A stretch of DNA of 43,563 nt, from positions 1 to 43,563 of IMG/VR virus record IMGVR_UViG_3300032232_001192. The stretch is one strand, 5' to 3'. Numbering within the stretch: position 1 is the first letter of the stretch; every line of letters starts with the position of its first letter. Shown piece after piece: positions 1 to 7,254 of this stretch. A model generated the notes under the pieces. The model was given only the letters and a program-made list of their open reading frames with translations, was not told the origin of the DNA and did not search any database. Made by a program: the position numbers and the translations under genes. The stretch is from a virus (lineage: Duplodnaviria; Caudoviricetes).

Positions 1-37
1 CTCCGCATCTATTTATTAAGTGGCGGTGTGTTTATAA

Positions 38-425
38 AATGCCACATGATTGATAACAAGGACATGTGGCCAAACCCTGGCTTAGCTAGTTTTTCAGGCT
101 GCTAGAGCGAATGTATTATCGTTTGCAGATAATTGTTTTGCTGTTTCGGCCGGGAAACCCCAACCCTACGGCTGTCGCATTGCCGAGTTGCCGTCTTCAC
201 TATCTCACGCTGTCGAAACCACATCCGGCCCATCAAAAACATTTTATCTTATCGTCCCCTTGATAGTTTACTTAGAGTGTTCAACTATTCAGGCAGTGAC
301 ACACCTACGATAAGCCCTCACTGTCGTTTTCAGCACGTCTGCTTAATTATAAAATGCTTTTGGTGGACCGGGGCGGGAATGATCCGCCGTCCAACATGCC
401 TTCGATCCGAAGGAATTACAACCAT
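38..425 (-). ncRNA. ssrA: Circularly permuted (two-piece) tmRNA gene: acceptor piece ~425-361, intervening segment 360-232, coding piece 231-~38
   Basis: Minus strand: 3' half GAC-GGCGG-ATCATTC-CCGCC-CCGGTCC-ACCA lies upstream of the 5' half GGGCCGG-ATGTGGTTTCGAC. Acceptor stem GGGCCGG/CCGGTCC has G3.U70. Tag ORF 126-94 GCA AAC GAT AAT ACA TTC GCT CTA GCA GCC TGA = ANDNTFALAA*. Outer ends approximate. Confidence 0.93.
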
Positions 426-697
426 CAAATTTCTTCTAACACCACACTTTCCATGCTGTCAGGAAAGAAAGTACGATAACGATGTTGTAGCTCGTACGTC
501 TTCTGCAAAGCGTTGACCTCAGCTAGAAAAGTCTGACGAAGTGCTTCATATGCCAACGCAAAGTTGACTATGGCCTCGTCGTCAGTCTCAGTTACATCGA
601 TACCGACAACCTTGGTGGTTGGTTCTTGAACCACCAAAACTTGGCGATTGGACACCTTACCCTTTAGGTCCTTGTAAACAAATGATTGAAGTTTCAT
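425..697 (-). CDS. hypothetical protein
   Basis: 90 aa ORF downstream of promoter-like TCGACA-N17-TATAAT (~750-723). Confidence 0.75.
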   Translation of the reverse strand: MKLQSFVYKDLKGKVSNRQVLVVQEPTTKVVGIDVTETDDEAIVNFALAYEALRQTFLAEVNALQKTYELQHRYRTFFPDSMESVVLEEI

Positions 698-762
698 GGT
701 TTGATTGTGTTAAAGAACAACTATTATAGTGGAAAAGCTGTGCGTTGTCGAGTGAAAAATTT

Positions 763-1032
763 TTAGTTTGTCTTTTCCAAGTTCACAGCCAATGTATTGC
801 GAAAACGCTCACCTCTGGATGGGATGATACAGGCTGGCAGCAGTAGTGGAGCGACTAACACACTCATGATGAAGAATGTGGTAACTGCAATCTTCCAGTA
901 GCGAACAATGTTCAATTCTTTGTGCGTGATTCGCAACTGTGTAATCACAGGCCAAAACAGTTCATAGACTGCAACAACACCTGTGGTAACTGAACACAGG
1001 ACGTAGAATGTAAACAATGTCATTGTGCCCAC
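763..1032 (-). CDS. hypothetical membrane protein
   Basis: Two hydrophobic segments; coupled to upstream ORF (start may be ATG at 1023). Confidence 0.7.
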   Translation of the reverse strand: MGTMTLFTFYVLCSVTTGVVAVYELFWPVITQLRITHKELNIVRYWKIAVTTFFIMSVLVAPLLLPACIIPSRGERFRNTLAVNLEKTN

Positions 1033-1406
1033 CGTGCCCGTGTGCCCAGGTTAAACATGGTCTTTTCATTGGTGGCAGGAACCTGATACCCCACTGTTCG
1101 GGACCCCCTGGTAAACAGTGCAGGACCACTCAGCTTCTCGTTTTTAGAAAACATATTCATGTCTACACGACCACAAAACATCATAAACAACCGGGCCTGG
1201 TTGATCATGCTCTTGCTCCAGAACGGAGTGGTAGGAGTCTTGCGACGATAGTGAATATTGCCCAGGGCCTTGATGACCTGTTCGTTGTTGGGCTGTGTCA
1301 TCAGCAGTTTCTTCAACCGTCGTGTACGATTACGTTCCCACAACTTTTGTGTCTTGTAGTTGTTTGCCTGACCGGTCTTGCTTGCTCCGCCGCCTTTATT
1401 TGCCAT
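1020..1406 (-). CDS. hypothetical basic protein
   Basis: 128 aa K/R-rich ORF overlapping its neighbours in an operon. Confidence 0.75.
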   Translation of the reverse strand: MANKGGGASKTGQANNYKTQKLWERNRTRRLKKLLMTQPNNEQVIKALGNIHYRRKTPTTPFWSKSMINQARLFMMFCGRVDMNMFSKNEKLSGPALFTRGSRTVGYQVPATNEKTMFNLGTRARWAQ

Positions 1407-1650
1407 AATTTGATTTTACCTTAAAAAGAGTTTTGTTGTCTGTTACCACTTCAGTGACTGTGACCAAGCCCAGTTCTTCCAATTGAGCAATGCACTCAAG
1501 TGCTTCTTCTGTGCCTTCACAAGTTACTCCACCGTAGTTGAGTAGTGCAGTAAAAGTCTGTAATACTTCTAGGGTCAAGTAGTCACTGTCATCTTCAAAC
1601 AGGTCTAGTATCTTGCTTAGTGGATTGAATTCACTGTTTTGAAATTTCAT
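1396..1650 (-). CDS. hypothetical protein
   Basis: 84 aa ORF overlapping the thyX end. Confidence 0.7.
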   Translation of the reverse strand: MKFQNSEFNPLSKILDLFEDDSDYLTLEVLQTFTALLNYGGVTCEGTEEALECIAQLEELGLVTVTEVVTDNKTLFKVKSNYGK

Positions 1651-2302
1651 TTGCTAACACGTCTTTTAGTGCTGGAAATTGACTCAGCAATACATCCAGG
1701 CACTTCTGTGCTACATCACGGTGTTCTTTTTGTGTAGCAACATCTACTCTTAGCAAACAGTAGTGAATCCAACTACGAACACTTCCGGCCATGTACAGTC
1801 GGCTGTGTGTCAAGCCTTCTGGTAACACTGCTCTGGCCTGCTCTTTAGCAATGCCGTTTGCCAGTGCCCATGTGTATGCTCGTTTAACTACCCTCAATAC
1901 ATCTTGTTGTTGGGCATCCCAGACTTCTAGTAACTCTTTGTCGTCTGTTTCCAAACTGGCTTGGCGATTCTTTTCGTCTTGCATCCGTGCTTCACGGACT
2001 TCAAAGCCCAAGTCATCTGCACGAGCATATCGCTGGCTAAACTCTTGAAAGGCAAAACTGCGATGACGTAAGATCTGTCGTGCAATGTCTCGTGTGGTAT
2101 TGATCTCAACAACCATGTGAGCCATTTCAAATGGACTCCAGTGTTGATGTTTCACCAGATATTTAAGCAGCTTTGGCGCGGTTTCTGTGTTGAGCTGGTT
2201 ACTTGGATTGCTAACACGGGCAATATAGGCCAACATGTCATTGACAGTTGGAACTTCTGGGATCTTGCTTTCTGTGACCCCTACCAATTTTACAGTGTTC
2301 AA
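1631..2302 (-). CDS. thyX: flavin-dependent thymidylate synthase
   Basis: ThyX motif RHRSFAFQEFSQRY, HWSPFE, AKEQARAVLP, TQKEHR. Confidence 0.95.
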   Translation of the reverse strand: MNTVKLVGVTESKIPEVPTVNDMLAYIARVSNPSNQLNTETAPKLLKYLVKHQHWSPFEMAHMVVEINTTRDIARQILRHRSFAFQEFSQRYARADDLGFEVREARMQDEKNRQASLETDDKELLEVWDAQQQDVLRVVKRAYTWALANGIAKEQARAVLPEGLTHSRLYMAGSVRSWIHYCLLRVDVATQKEHRDVAQKCLDVLLSQFPALKDVLANEISKQ

Positions 2303-2604
2303 CGACCTTCTGCCTTGTCAAAAAATTCAACGAGTTGATCAAGCTCATTCATTGTACGCTCCTGTAACCGTTCACACTCAATGGTCATATCATGAATCTT
2401 GCGGGCAGCAAAAAGCGCCACATCTGCCTCTTTAGCATTCTCCAAGGCAATAGGAAAATGTCGACCACAGGTGTCGTAAAAACAGATCTGGTCGTTGTCA
2501 ATCACAGCACGATACCAGTAGTGACTGCCATTGTGTTTGAATGTATCGCTCGGATCAACGTTGTCAAACTCTTTGAAATCTACAGCACCAAAAAATAGTT
2601 CCAT
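2299..2604 (-). CDS. hypothetical protein
   Basis: 101 aa ORF with GAGAGAG RBS-like sequence; stop overlaps the thyX start. Confidence 0.75.
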   Translation of the reverse strand: MELFFGAVDFKEFDNVDPSDTFKHNGSHYWYRAVIDNDQICFYDTCGRHFPIALENAKEADVALFAARKIHDMTIECERLQERTMNELDQLVEFFDKAEGR

Positions 2605-2634
2605 TATTCTCTCTCGTGGTTAAAATTAAAAGCG

Positions 2635-2664
2635 AAAAAAGCCACAGCAGGTTCTGCTGTGGCT
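2635..2664 (-). terminator. Rho-independent terminator
   Basis: AGCCACAGCAG-AAC-CTGCTGTGGCT followed by a T-run on the minus strand, just after tRNA-Leu. Confidence 0.8.
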
Positions 2665-2669
2665 CGTGT

Positions 2670-2754
2670 TGGTACCCCCGGCCGGACTCGAACCGGCACA
2701 CCCGAAGGCGTGAGATTTTAAGTCTCATACGGCTACCTATTACGTCACAGGGGT
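2670..2754 (-). tRNA. tRNA-Leu(TAA)
   Basis: Cloverleaf; anticodon arm TGAGA-CTTAAAA-TCTCA, long variable arm, GGTTCGAGTCC, encoded CCA. Confidence 0.93.
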
Positions 2755-2759
2755 ATATA

Positions 2760-3161
2760 TTAGGCAATGACGTCGTGGTAGAACATACACAACAGATTAC
2801 CTACAATGGTATCATCATGCCCATAACGAACAGGAACCATAACAGTATACCCATCTAGAAAACGAGTCACTGCTAGTTCAACCCCAATCTTCTTGTTGAA
2901 GCTGTCTTTGGGTGAACAATAGGCTAGGGAGACCTCTACCATACGAGTGTTACGCCAGTTGCTGCACTTGCGATAAGCAATAGTAACACCGCCACGATTG
3001 TCGTGGCGATTATAGCCATGGCATACTCGAATATCAAGAGCCTCCATATCATCGTGGACTGTATTGTATTGAATCATGTCGTGAGTTGGTGTTGGAAAAG
3101 GCCAGGCCAGTTGAGGAAAATCAATGGGATTGGTAGTATTAGTGTAGTGTGGTTTTCTCAT
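2760..3161 (-). CDS. hypothetical phage protein
   Basis: 133 aa ORF with GGVTIAY...AYCSPKDSFNKKIG pattern resembling small phage proteins. Confidence 0.75.
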   Translation of the reverse strand: MRKPHYTNTTNPIDFPQLAWPFPTPTHDMIQYNTVHDDMEALDIRVCHGYNRHDNRGGVTIAYRKCSNWRNTRMVEVSLAYCSPKDSFNKKIGVELAVTRFLDGYTVMVPVRYGHDDTIVGNLLCMFYHDVIA

Positions 3162-3162
3162 G

Positions 3163-3288
3163 TTATTTTACCCAAGCAGCTTGGATCTGTTCATAGACTT
3201 GTTCAAACCGTTCTAGACTACAACCGGTGCTCTGCATTACAAATGTTCGTAATTGCTCACCTACCATGTTTAGGTCAAGTGCAGTCAT
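3163..3288 (-). CDS. small hypothetical protein (41 aa)
   Basis: MTALDLNMVGEQLRTF...; follows promoter TTGAAG-N17-TATAAT (~3352-3324); below the ORF-track cutoff. Confidence 0.5.
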   Translation of the reverse strand: MTALDLNMVGEQLRTFVMQSTGCSLERFEQVYEQIQAAWVK

Positions 3289-3364
3289 GATTGTCTTAAA
3301 GACAAAGTATTCATTATCCATATATTATAGTCTAAACAGTTGTACACTTCAAGTCAAGAATTGT

Positions 3365-3442
3365 TGGAGCGGGCAGGGAGAGTCGAACTCCGCGATCTTC
3401 AGCTTGGAAGGCTGCTGGTGGCCCCTTCACCTGTCTGCCCGC
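3365..3442 (-). tRNA. tRNA-Gly(TCC), atypical D-arm
   Basis: GCGGGCA/TGCCCGC-T-CCA acceptor, loop CTTCCAA, GTTCGACT T-loop; GACA linker instead of U8-A9. Confidence 0.8.
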
Positions 3443-3537
3443 ATTATACCTCTAATACTACCACAAATCCATAACTGTCAAAATCCCAGATCAAATAGCT
3501 TTGATCTTCATCATCAAAAATTTTGAGGAAGTTCAAC

Positions 3538-3684
3538 TCAGTCAAAGTTCACCTCAAAATACTCTTCTTTGGCACAGCCACACTCTGGACAGTTCCAGTA
3601 CTTGGGCAGACTCTCCCAAGGGCCGTCCACTTCTTCATCGTGTTGGTGTTCACAAACTGAACACTGGTACAATTTATTCGTCAT
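3538..3684 (-). CDS. rubredoxin (48 aa)
   Basis: MTNKLYQCSVCEHQHDEEVDGPWESLPKYWNCPECGCAKEEYFEVNFD: YxCxxC...W..LP..W.CPxCG..K..F rubredoxin signature; absent from the ORF track. Confidence 0.85.
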   Translation of the reverse strand: MTNKLYQCSVCEHQHDEEVDGPWESLPKYWNCPECGCAKEEYFEVNFD

Positions 3685-3710
3685 AATAAGAAAGGGTTAG
3701 TTAAAAATTC

Positions 3711-3802
3711 TGGCAGTGAGTGTGGGATTCGAACCCACGGCACTGTTTTCACAGAGCGACAGTTTAGCAAACTGCTGATTTGAGCCACTCATCCAACTCA
3801 CT
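3711..3802 (-). tRNA. tRNA-Ser(GCT)
   Basis: AGTGAGT/ACTCACT-G-CCA, loop TTGCTAA, long variable arm. Confidence 0.92.
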
Positions 3803-3803
3803 A

Positions 3804-3878
3804 TGGCTCCTCGACGTGGGATCGAACCACGGACCCAACGGTTAACAGCCGTTTGCTCTACCGCTGAGCTATCAAGGA
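3804..3878 (-). tRNA. tRNA-Asn(GTT)
   Basis: TCCTTGA/TCGAGGA-G-CCA, AACGG-CTGTTAA-CCGTT. Confidence 0.93.
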
Positions 3879-3879
3879 A

Positions 3880-4188
3880 TTATGTATGGTCGACTATTTG
3901 GATACCAGATGCACGGATTGCACTCTCACATACTACGCAAGGCCGAGCCAAGGCCGGGGAACCGTCTTCCAAGAATCGGAAAATCTTCATTGAGTGCGCT
4001 TTTGTCAAGTCACGGCACAATGATATAGCATGAATCTCCGCATGAAGAAACACACGATGCGGTTCCCCGGCCCGTTTAGCGTGGGCTGCTTGAAGTGGGT
4101 GAGTTTTGACATAACTATTCTTACCCACACTCATCACTCTACCACGCTTGTCATAAATTATGGCTGTTATCTGGTATCGTTTCGTCAT
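3880..4188 (-). CDS. cytidine/deoxycytidylate deaminase-fold protein
   Basis: Zn-deaminase motifs HAE and PCVVC. Confidence 0.85.
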   Translation of the reverse strand: MTKRYQITAIIYDKRGRVMSVGKNSYVKTHPLQAAHAKRAGEPHRVFLHAEIHAISLCRDLTKAHSMKIFRFLEDGSPALARPCVVCESAIRASGIQIVDHT

Positions 4189-4200
4189 CTATCTATTATA

Positions 4201-4404
4201 TCAACTCGACTGTGACTTTTCAATATAAGATTTTTCACAGTCTTCGGGTGGTTCTTGAAAGTATTCAGCCTTCATTACAACACCCTTGGCCTGGCGAGCA
4301 TGTATAGCGCGCTCTGCCGCTTCACAACTGCTGAGCGTGTCAAACTGACAACGCCCACGTTCTCCGTATTTATACTTGTCGTTATTGCACTTGTAACAGG
4401 GCAT
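4201..4404 (-). CDS. hypothetical Cys-rich protein
   Basis: 67 aa ORF with GGAGGG RBS. Confidence 0.6.
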   Translation of the reverse strand: MPCYKCNNDKYKYGERGRCQFDTLSSCEAAERAIHARQAKGVVMKAEYFQEPPEDCEKSYIEKSQSS

Positions 4405-4437
4405 AAAACCCCTCCTAGATTTAAGATCTTATTGTTT

Positions 4438-4514
4438 TGGTAGGATGTGTTGGGCTCGAACCAACGACTAACCGATTATGAGTCGGCTACTCTGACCAAC
4501 TGAGTTAACATCCC
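4438..4514 (-). tRNA. tRNA-Ile2/Met(CAT), Ile2-like
   Basis: GCCGA-CTCATAA-TCGGT anticodon arm resembles bacterial Ile2; encoded CCA. Confidence 0.85.
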
Positions 4515-4518
4515 AATA

Positions 4519-4619
4519 TGGTAGAAGGGGTGGGAATCGAACCCACATTCGCTGCCTTATCTAGACAGTGCTTACGAGTGTATAAGGCTCGCCCATAGGC
4601 CAATATTAGCAACCCTTCC
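4519..4619 (-). tRNA. tRNA-Ile(TAT)-like with long variable arm
   Basis: GGAAGGG/CCCTTCT-A-CCA, GTGGG-TTCGATT-CCCAC, anticodon loop CTTATAC with C31.A39 mismatch, 101 nt. Confidence 0.7.
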
Positions 4620-4711
4620 ATAAGTTACCACACATTAAACCAACCATCAGCTGCATCCCTTTGCTATCTCCTCCCGATGCGGAGGCGGTATGGTTGTGTG
4701 GTAACTTATGG
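4618..4711 (-). ncRNA. putative small structured RNA closed by a 17-bp stem
   Basis: Perfect inverted repeat CCATAAGTTACCACACA (4618-4634 / 4695-4711) between tRNAs; no ORF. Confidence 0.5.
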
Positions 4712-4712
4712 A

Positions 4713-4830
4713 GAGTAGAGTACTACTACAGGCTGGTTACACTATCCAGTCCATACCGTTACGCTAGTGAGGCATCCTAGTCACCAGTAGTAGTCTTATA
4801 GGTTCAGTGGGTTGGTTACCACCTCTACTC
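4713..4830 (-). ncRNA. putative small structured RNA
   Basis: Closed by GAGTAGAG/CTCTACTC with inner ACTACT/AGTAGT stem; ORF-free spacer after tRNA-Gln. Confidence 0.4.
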
Positions 4831-4835
4831 AAACT

Positions 4836-4910
4836 TGGCAGGGGATGATGGAATCGAACCACCGAGTGTCTGAATCAAAATCAGATGCCTTACCGCTTGG
4901 CGAATCCCCT
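4836..4910 (-). tRNA. tRNA-Gln(TTG)
   Basis: AGGGGAT/ATCCCCT-G-CCA, TCTGA-TTTTGAT-TCAGA. Confidence 0.93.
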
Positions 4911-5130
4911 ACATTACTCTGACCGTATCGACTCGATTCCAGCAGATCCATACTGAACTGTAATCGAATCGGAGGTTGGTGGAGTCCCGAACGCTGCAAT
5001 AGGGTCCGTTGATGATCTTGAAGTCACGACCAGCCATCCAGTCCTTCACAGCATCTTCGGGGGTCAGGTAGACCCTGCCGTAAGCCGGAATGAGTTCGAC
5101 TGGGCCACTGGCTTGAGCAATTGCATTCAT
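4909..5130 (-). CDS. hypothetical protein
   Basis: 73 aa ORF with AGAGG RBS. Confidence 0.7.
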   Translation of the reverse strand: MNAIAQASGPVELIPAYGRVYLTPEDAVKDWMAGRDFKIINGPYCSVRDSTNLRFDYSSVWICWNRVDTVRVM

Positions 5131-5245
5131 ATTTTTGCCTCTTAAAGAAAAACAGCCGCGAACTTGTGGTAGCGCGGCTGTGTTTGTTTTTGCGCGTTGA
5201 GTTATTATTATAACTCAAGGGCATGTGTAAATCAAGACAAAAATT

Positions 5246-5324
5246 TGGTCTGAGTGGTAGGATTCGAACCTACGAAGACCTGCTCCCAAAGCAGGCGGAA
5301 TGGGCCAGGCTATCCGACACTCAG
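5246..5324 (-). tRNA. tRNA-Pro(TGG)
   Basis: CTGAGTG/CACTCAG-A-CCA, CCTGC-TTTGGGA-GCAGG. Confidence 0.92.
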
Positions 5325-5572
5325 TACAATGTTACAGCTTGGAACCGAGTTTTAGATCCATGTTCTTCTTGATCTAAGAATTCTGTATCCAATTCATGTG
5401 GGCCATAGTACCATGCACAGTTAACATCTTTGACAAATGTTCGTTGGTCTACAACTCCCTGTACGTCACTGTACCCGCCCTCATATCCAGCTAGCATTAC
5501 CGGCATTTCTGGATCAAATGCTTCCAATGACTTAATGAGTTCAATTACCTTCATCGTCCAAGTACTCTCCAC
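5321..5572 (-). CDS. hypothetical protein
   Basis: ORF MKVIELIKSLEAFDPEMPV..., a pattern typical of small phage proteins. Confidence 0.7.
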   Translation of the reverse strand: MESTWTMKVIELIKSLEAFDPEMPVMLAGYEGGYSDVQGVVDQRTFVKDVNCAWYYGPHELDTEFLDQEEHGSKTRFQAVTLY

Positions 5573-5861
5573 GAGCGCTCTGGGTGTTCATGTTGTCATG
5601 ATCACGGTCGTAATTGGTGTAGGCATCATGGTACTTCTTGGCTTGATTGGCTTCATGCGTTTCACGACACATGGCTTCAAACTGTAGCCACAGCTTCTCA
5701 AACTTGAGGTGGTACAGTTCTTTCATGCCCAACAGTACATTTGAGATGCGGTCTTGCGTCATGTCGCCCTCAAGCACCCCTTCCATAACTGTATCCAAGT
5801 CTTCACAGATGTTCCAGCAGTTCAGGATTTGCTGTTCCATGTCAAAGCGATTAAAGTTCAT
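5541..5861 (-). CDS. hypothetical protein
   Basis: 106 aa ORF with GAGG RBS. Confidence 0.75.
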   Translation of the reverse strand: MNFNRFDMEQQILNCWNICEDLDTVMEGVLEGDMTQDRISNVLLGMKELYHLKFEKLWLQFEAMCRETHEANQAKKYHDAYTNYDRDHDNMNTQSARGEYLDDEGN

Positions 5862-5926
5862 CTTTTCCTCATTTGATTAAAAGTATATTTTAAGATAAAA
5901 ACGACTGTGTTTCAAGTCTGAAATTT

Positions 5927-6005
5927 TGGTTGCGGAAGTGGGATTTGAACCCACGATCTCCAGCTTATGAGACTGGCGAGGACGTCCGAACTCCTCTATT
6001 CCGCT
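5927..6005 (-). tRNA. initiator-type tRNA-Met(CAT)
   Basis: Unpaired 1:72 (A.A), A11-U24, loop CTCATAA, GGTTCAAATCC, encoded CCA. Confidence 0.85.
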
Positions 6006-6377
6006 CTAGTAATAGTATTGGTGAGGTTTGTGGCTCACGTTGGGTTTGTCTAATTCTTCTAGATTTTCCAATGGCGTGTGACTGGCAGTGTGTTCCCACA
6101 AGTGGGCTGCTCTTCTCTGGGGACGATTCATAACCATTCGGGTCCACCATGATGGCGTACTACCTATCCAGTGCCACACACAGTCCACATCTTTACGCTT
6201 TTTGGTTTTATAACCTGGTATTTCTTTGTACCAGTAGCGAGTTACATCTACCCACTCGTCTGGATCGTAATACGACCGCCTCTGACTACTATAAGGAATC
6301 TTTTCAGTCCCAAACTCCCAAGTATAGCTTTCTGGAAATCTGACCCGTGCTGGACGATCTTTGTAGGTTCTGCTCAT
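6006..6377 (-). CDS. hypothetical protein (MSRTYKD...)
   Basis: AGGAG RBS before ATG 6377; W/R-rich. Confidence 0.75.
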   Translation of the reverse strand: MSRTYKDRPARVRFPESYTWEFGTEKIPYSSQRRSYYDPDEWVDVTRYWYKEIPGYKTKKRKDVDCVWHWIGSTPSWWTRMVMNRPQRRAAHLWEHTASHTPLENLEELDKPNVSHKPHQYYY

Positions 6378-6478
6378 TTTTATTCTCCTACTTTGGTTTA
6401 AGATAAACAATACCCTAAAACAAAGTAACAGGCTCGAGGTTCCGGCCTGTCTTATCTAACCCGGCTTATACCTAGCCG

Positions 6479-6649
6479 TTAGACTTTGTGCTGATCAGGC
6501 ACCTCTTTGATCTTTTCAAACAGTTCGTGTATACAAATCTGTAACTGACTTCTGTTTTCCATTAGTGTATCATACGTCATAGCACTCAATTGACTTGCTG
6601 CCGCAGCCATGTTATCTGCAAGTGCTAGTACGTCTTTTTCCGTAATCAT
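6479..6649 (-). CDS. small hypothetical protein (56 aa)
   Basis: MITEKDVLALADNMAAAASQ...; AGGGA RBS-like; below cutoff. Confidence 0.55.
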   Translation of the reverse strand: MITEKDVLALADNMAAAASQLSAMTYDTLMENRSQLQICIHELFEKIKEVPDQHKV

Positions 6650-6672
6650 TATGTTTCCCTGAATAAATTACC

Positions 6673-6772
6673 TGCTCAAGTTAGGTTGTTTACTGCAATT
6701 CTAGGGTCGCAGTTTTCGACAAGTGCGGATTGAGTCGATTTTTGCTGGAGCGTGCCAGCCACTTCATGAGCA
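6673..6772 (-). ncRNA. putative four-way-junction RNA
   Basis: Closing TGCTCA/TGAGCA with three hairpins GCTGG/CCAGC, TCGAC/GTCGA, ACTGCG/TGCAGT. Confidence 0.45.
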
Positions 6773-6830
6773 ACAATAACAACACTGACCCCGTGTTGTT
6801 ATCCAACGTTATTTATACTGAGATGATGTA

Positions 6831-7223
6831 TTACACTATATTCCAGTTAGTTCCTCGAAATATCAATGTAATACTCCCGTCTGTAACTGCTGTGATTGTG
6901 TAAGTTGTGGTATTTTCTATTGTTTGTGCACCGTTTGGGTTGATGGTTATATCGCTGGTTTGTGTTGCCTCTGATTTGACAACCAAAACCCTTCCGTCAG
7001 TTCCAGCTGGTAGATTTATGGTGACGCCGGCACCTGCGCCGTCTACACCTATATAGTAATCATCTGCTGTAACTGAGTATGGACTGTCAGCATCTGTTAC
7101 TAAAACAGTGTTGACTTGTCCGTTTGGTGTGACCGAAATTACTCCAGCCGTAACATTTATACCTGTGCCTATCTTGACCACACCATAGCTGGCGGTCGAG
7201 GCTGTTGGTGAATTGTATGCCAT
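6831..7223 (-). CDS. fibre/adhesin-like beta-strand protein
   Basis: ASTASYGVVKIGTGINVTAGVIS motif plus DDYYIGVD..VTINLPA..GRVLVVK domain, resembling phage fibre proteins. Confidence 0.6.
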   Translation of the reverse strand: MAYNSPTASTASYGVVKIGTGINVTAGVISVTPNGQVNTVLVTDADSPYSVTADDYYIGVDGAGAGVTINLPAGTDGRVLVVKSEATQTSDITINPNGAQTIENTTTYTITAVTDGSITLIFRGTNWNIV

Positions 7224-7254
7224 GTCTTTTCCTTATTTTTATTATTAGACATTG

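Noticed and set aside
133-516. 127-aa plus-strand ORF
   Set aside because: Antisense to the tmRNA and to the ORF at 425-697; no RBS or recognisable motif
6456-6472. AACCCGGCTTAT resembling the RNase P RNA 3' motif
   Set aside because: No preceding ACAGAA and no GAGGAAAGTCC partner; explained by local hairpins
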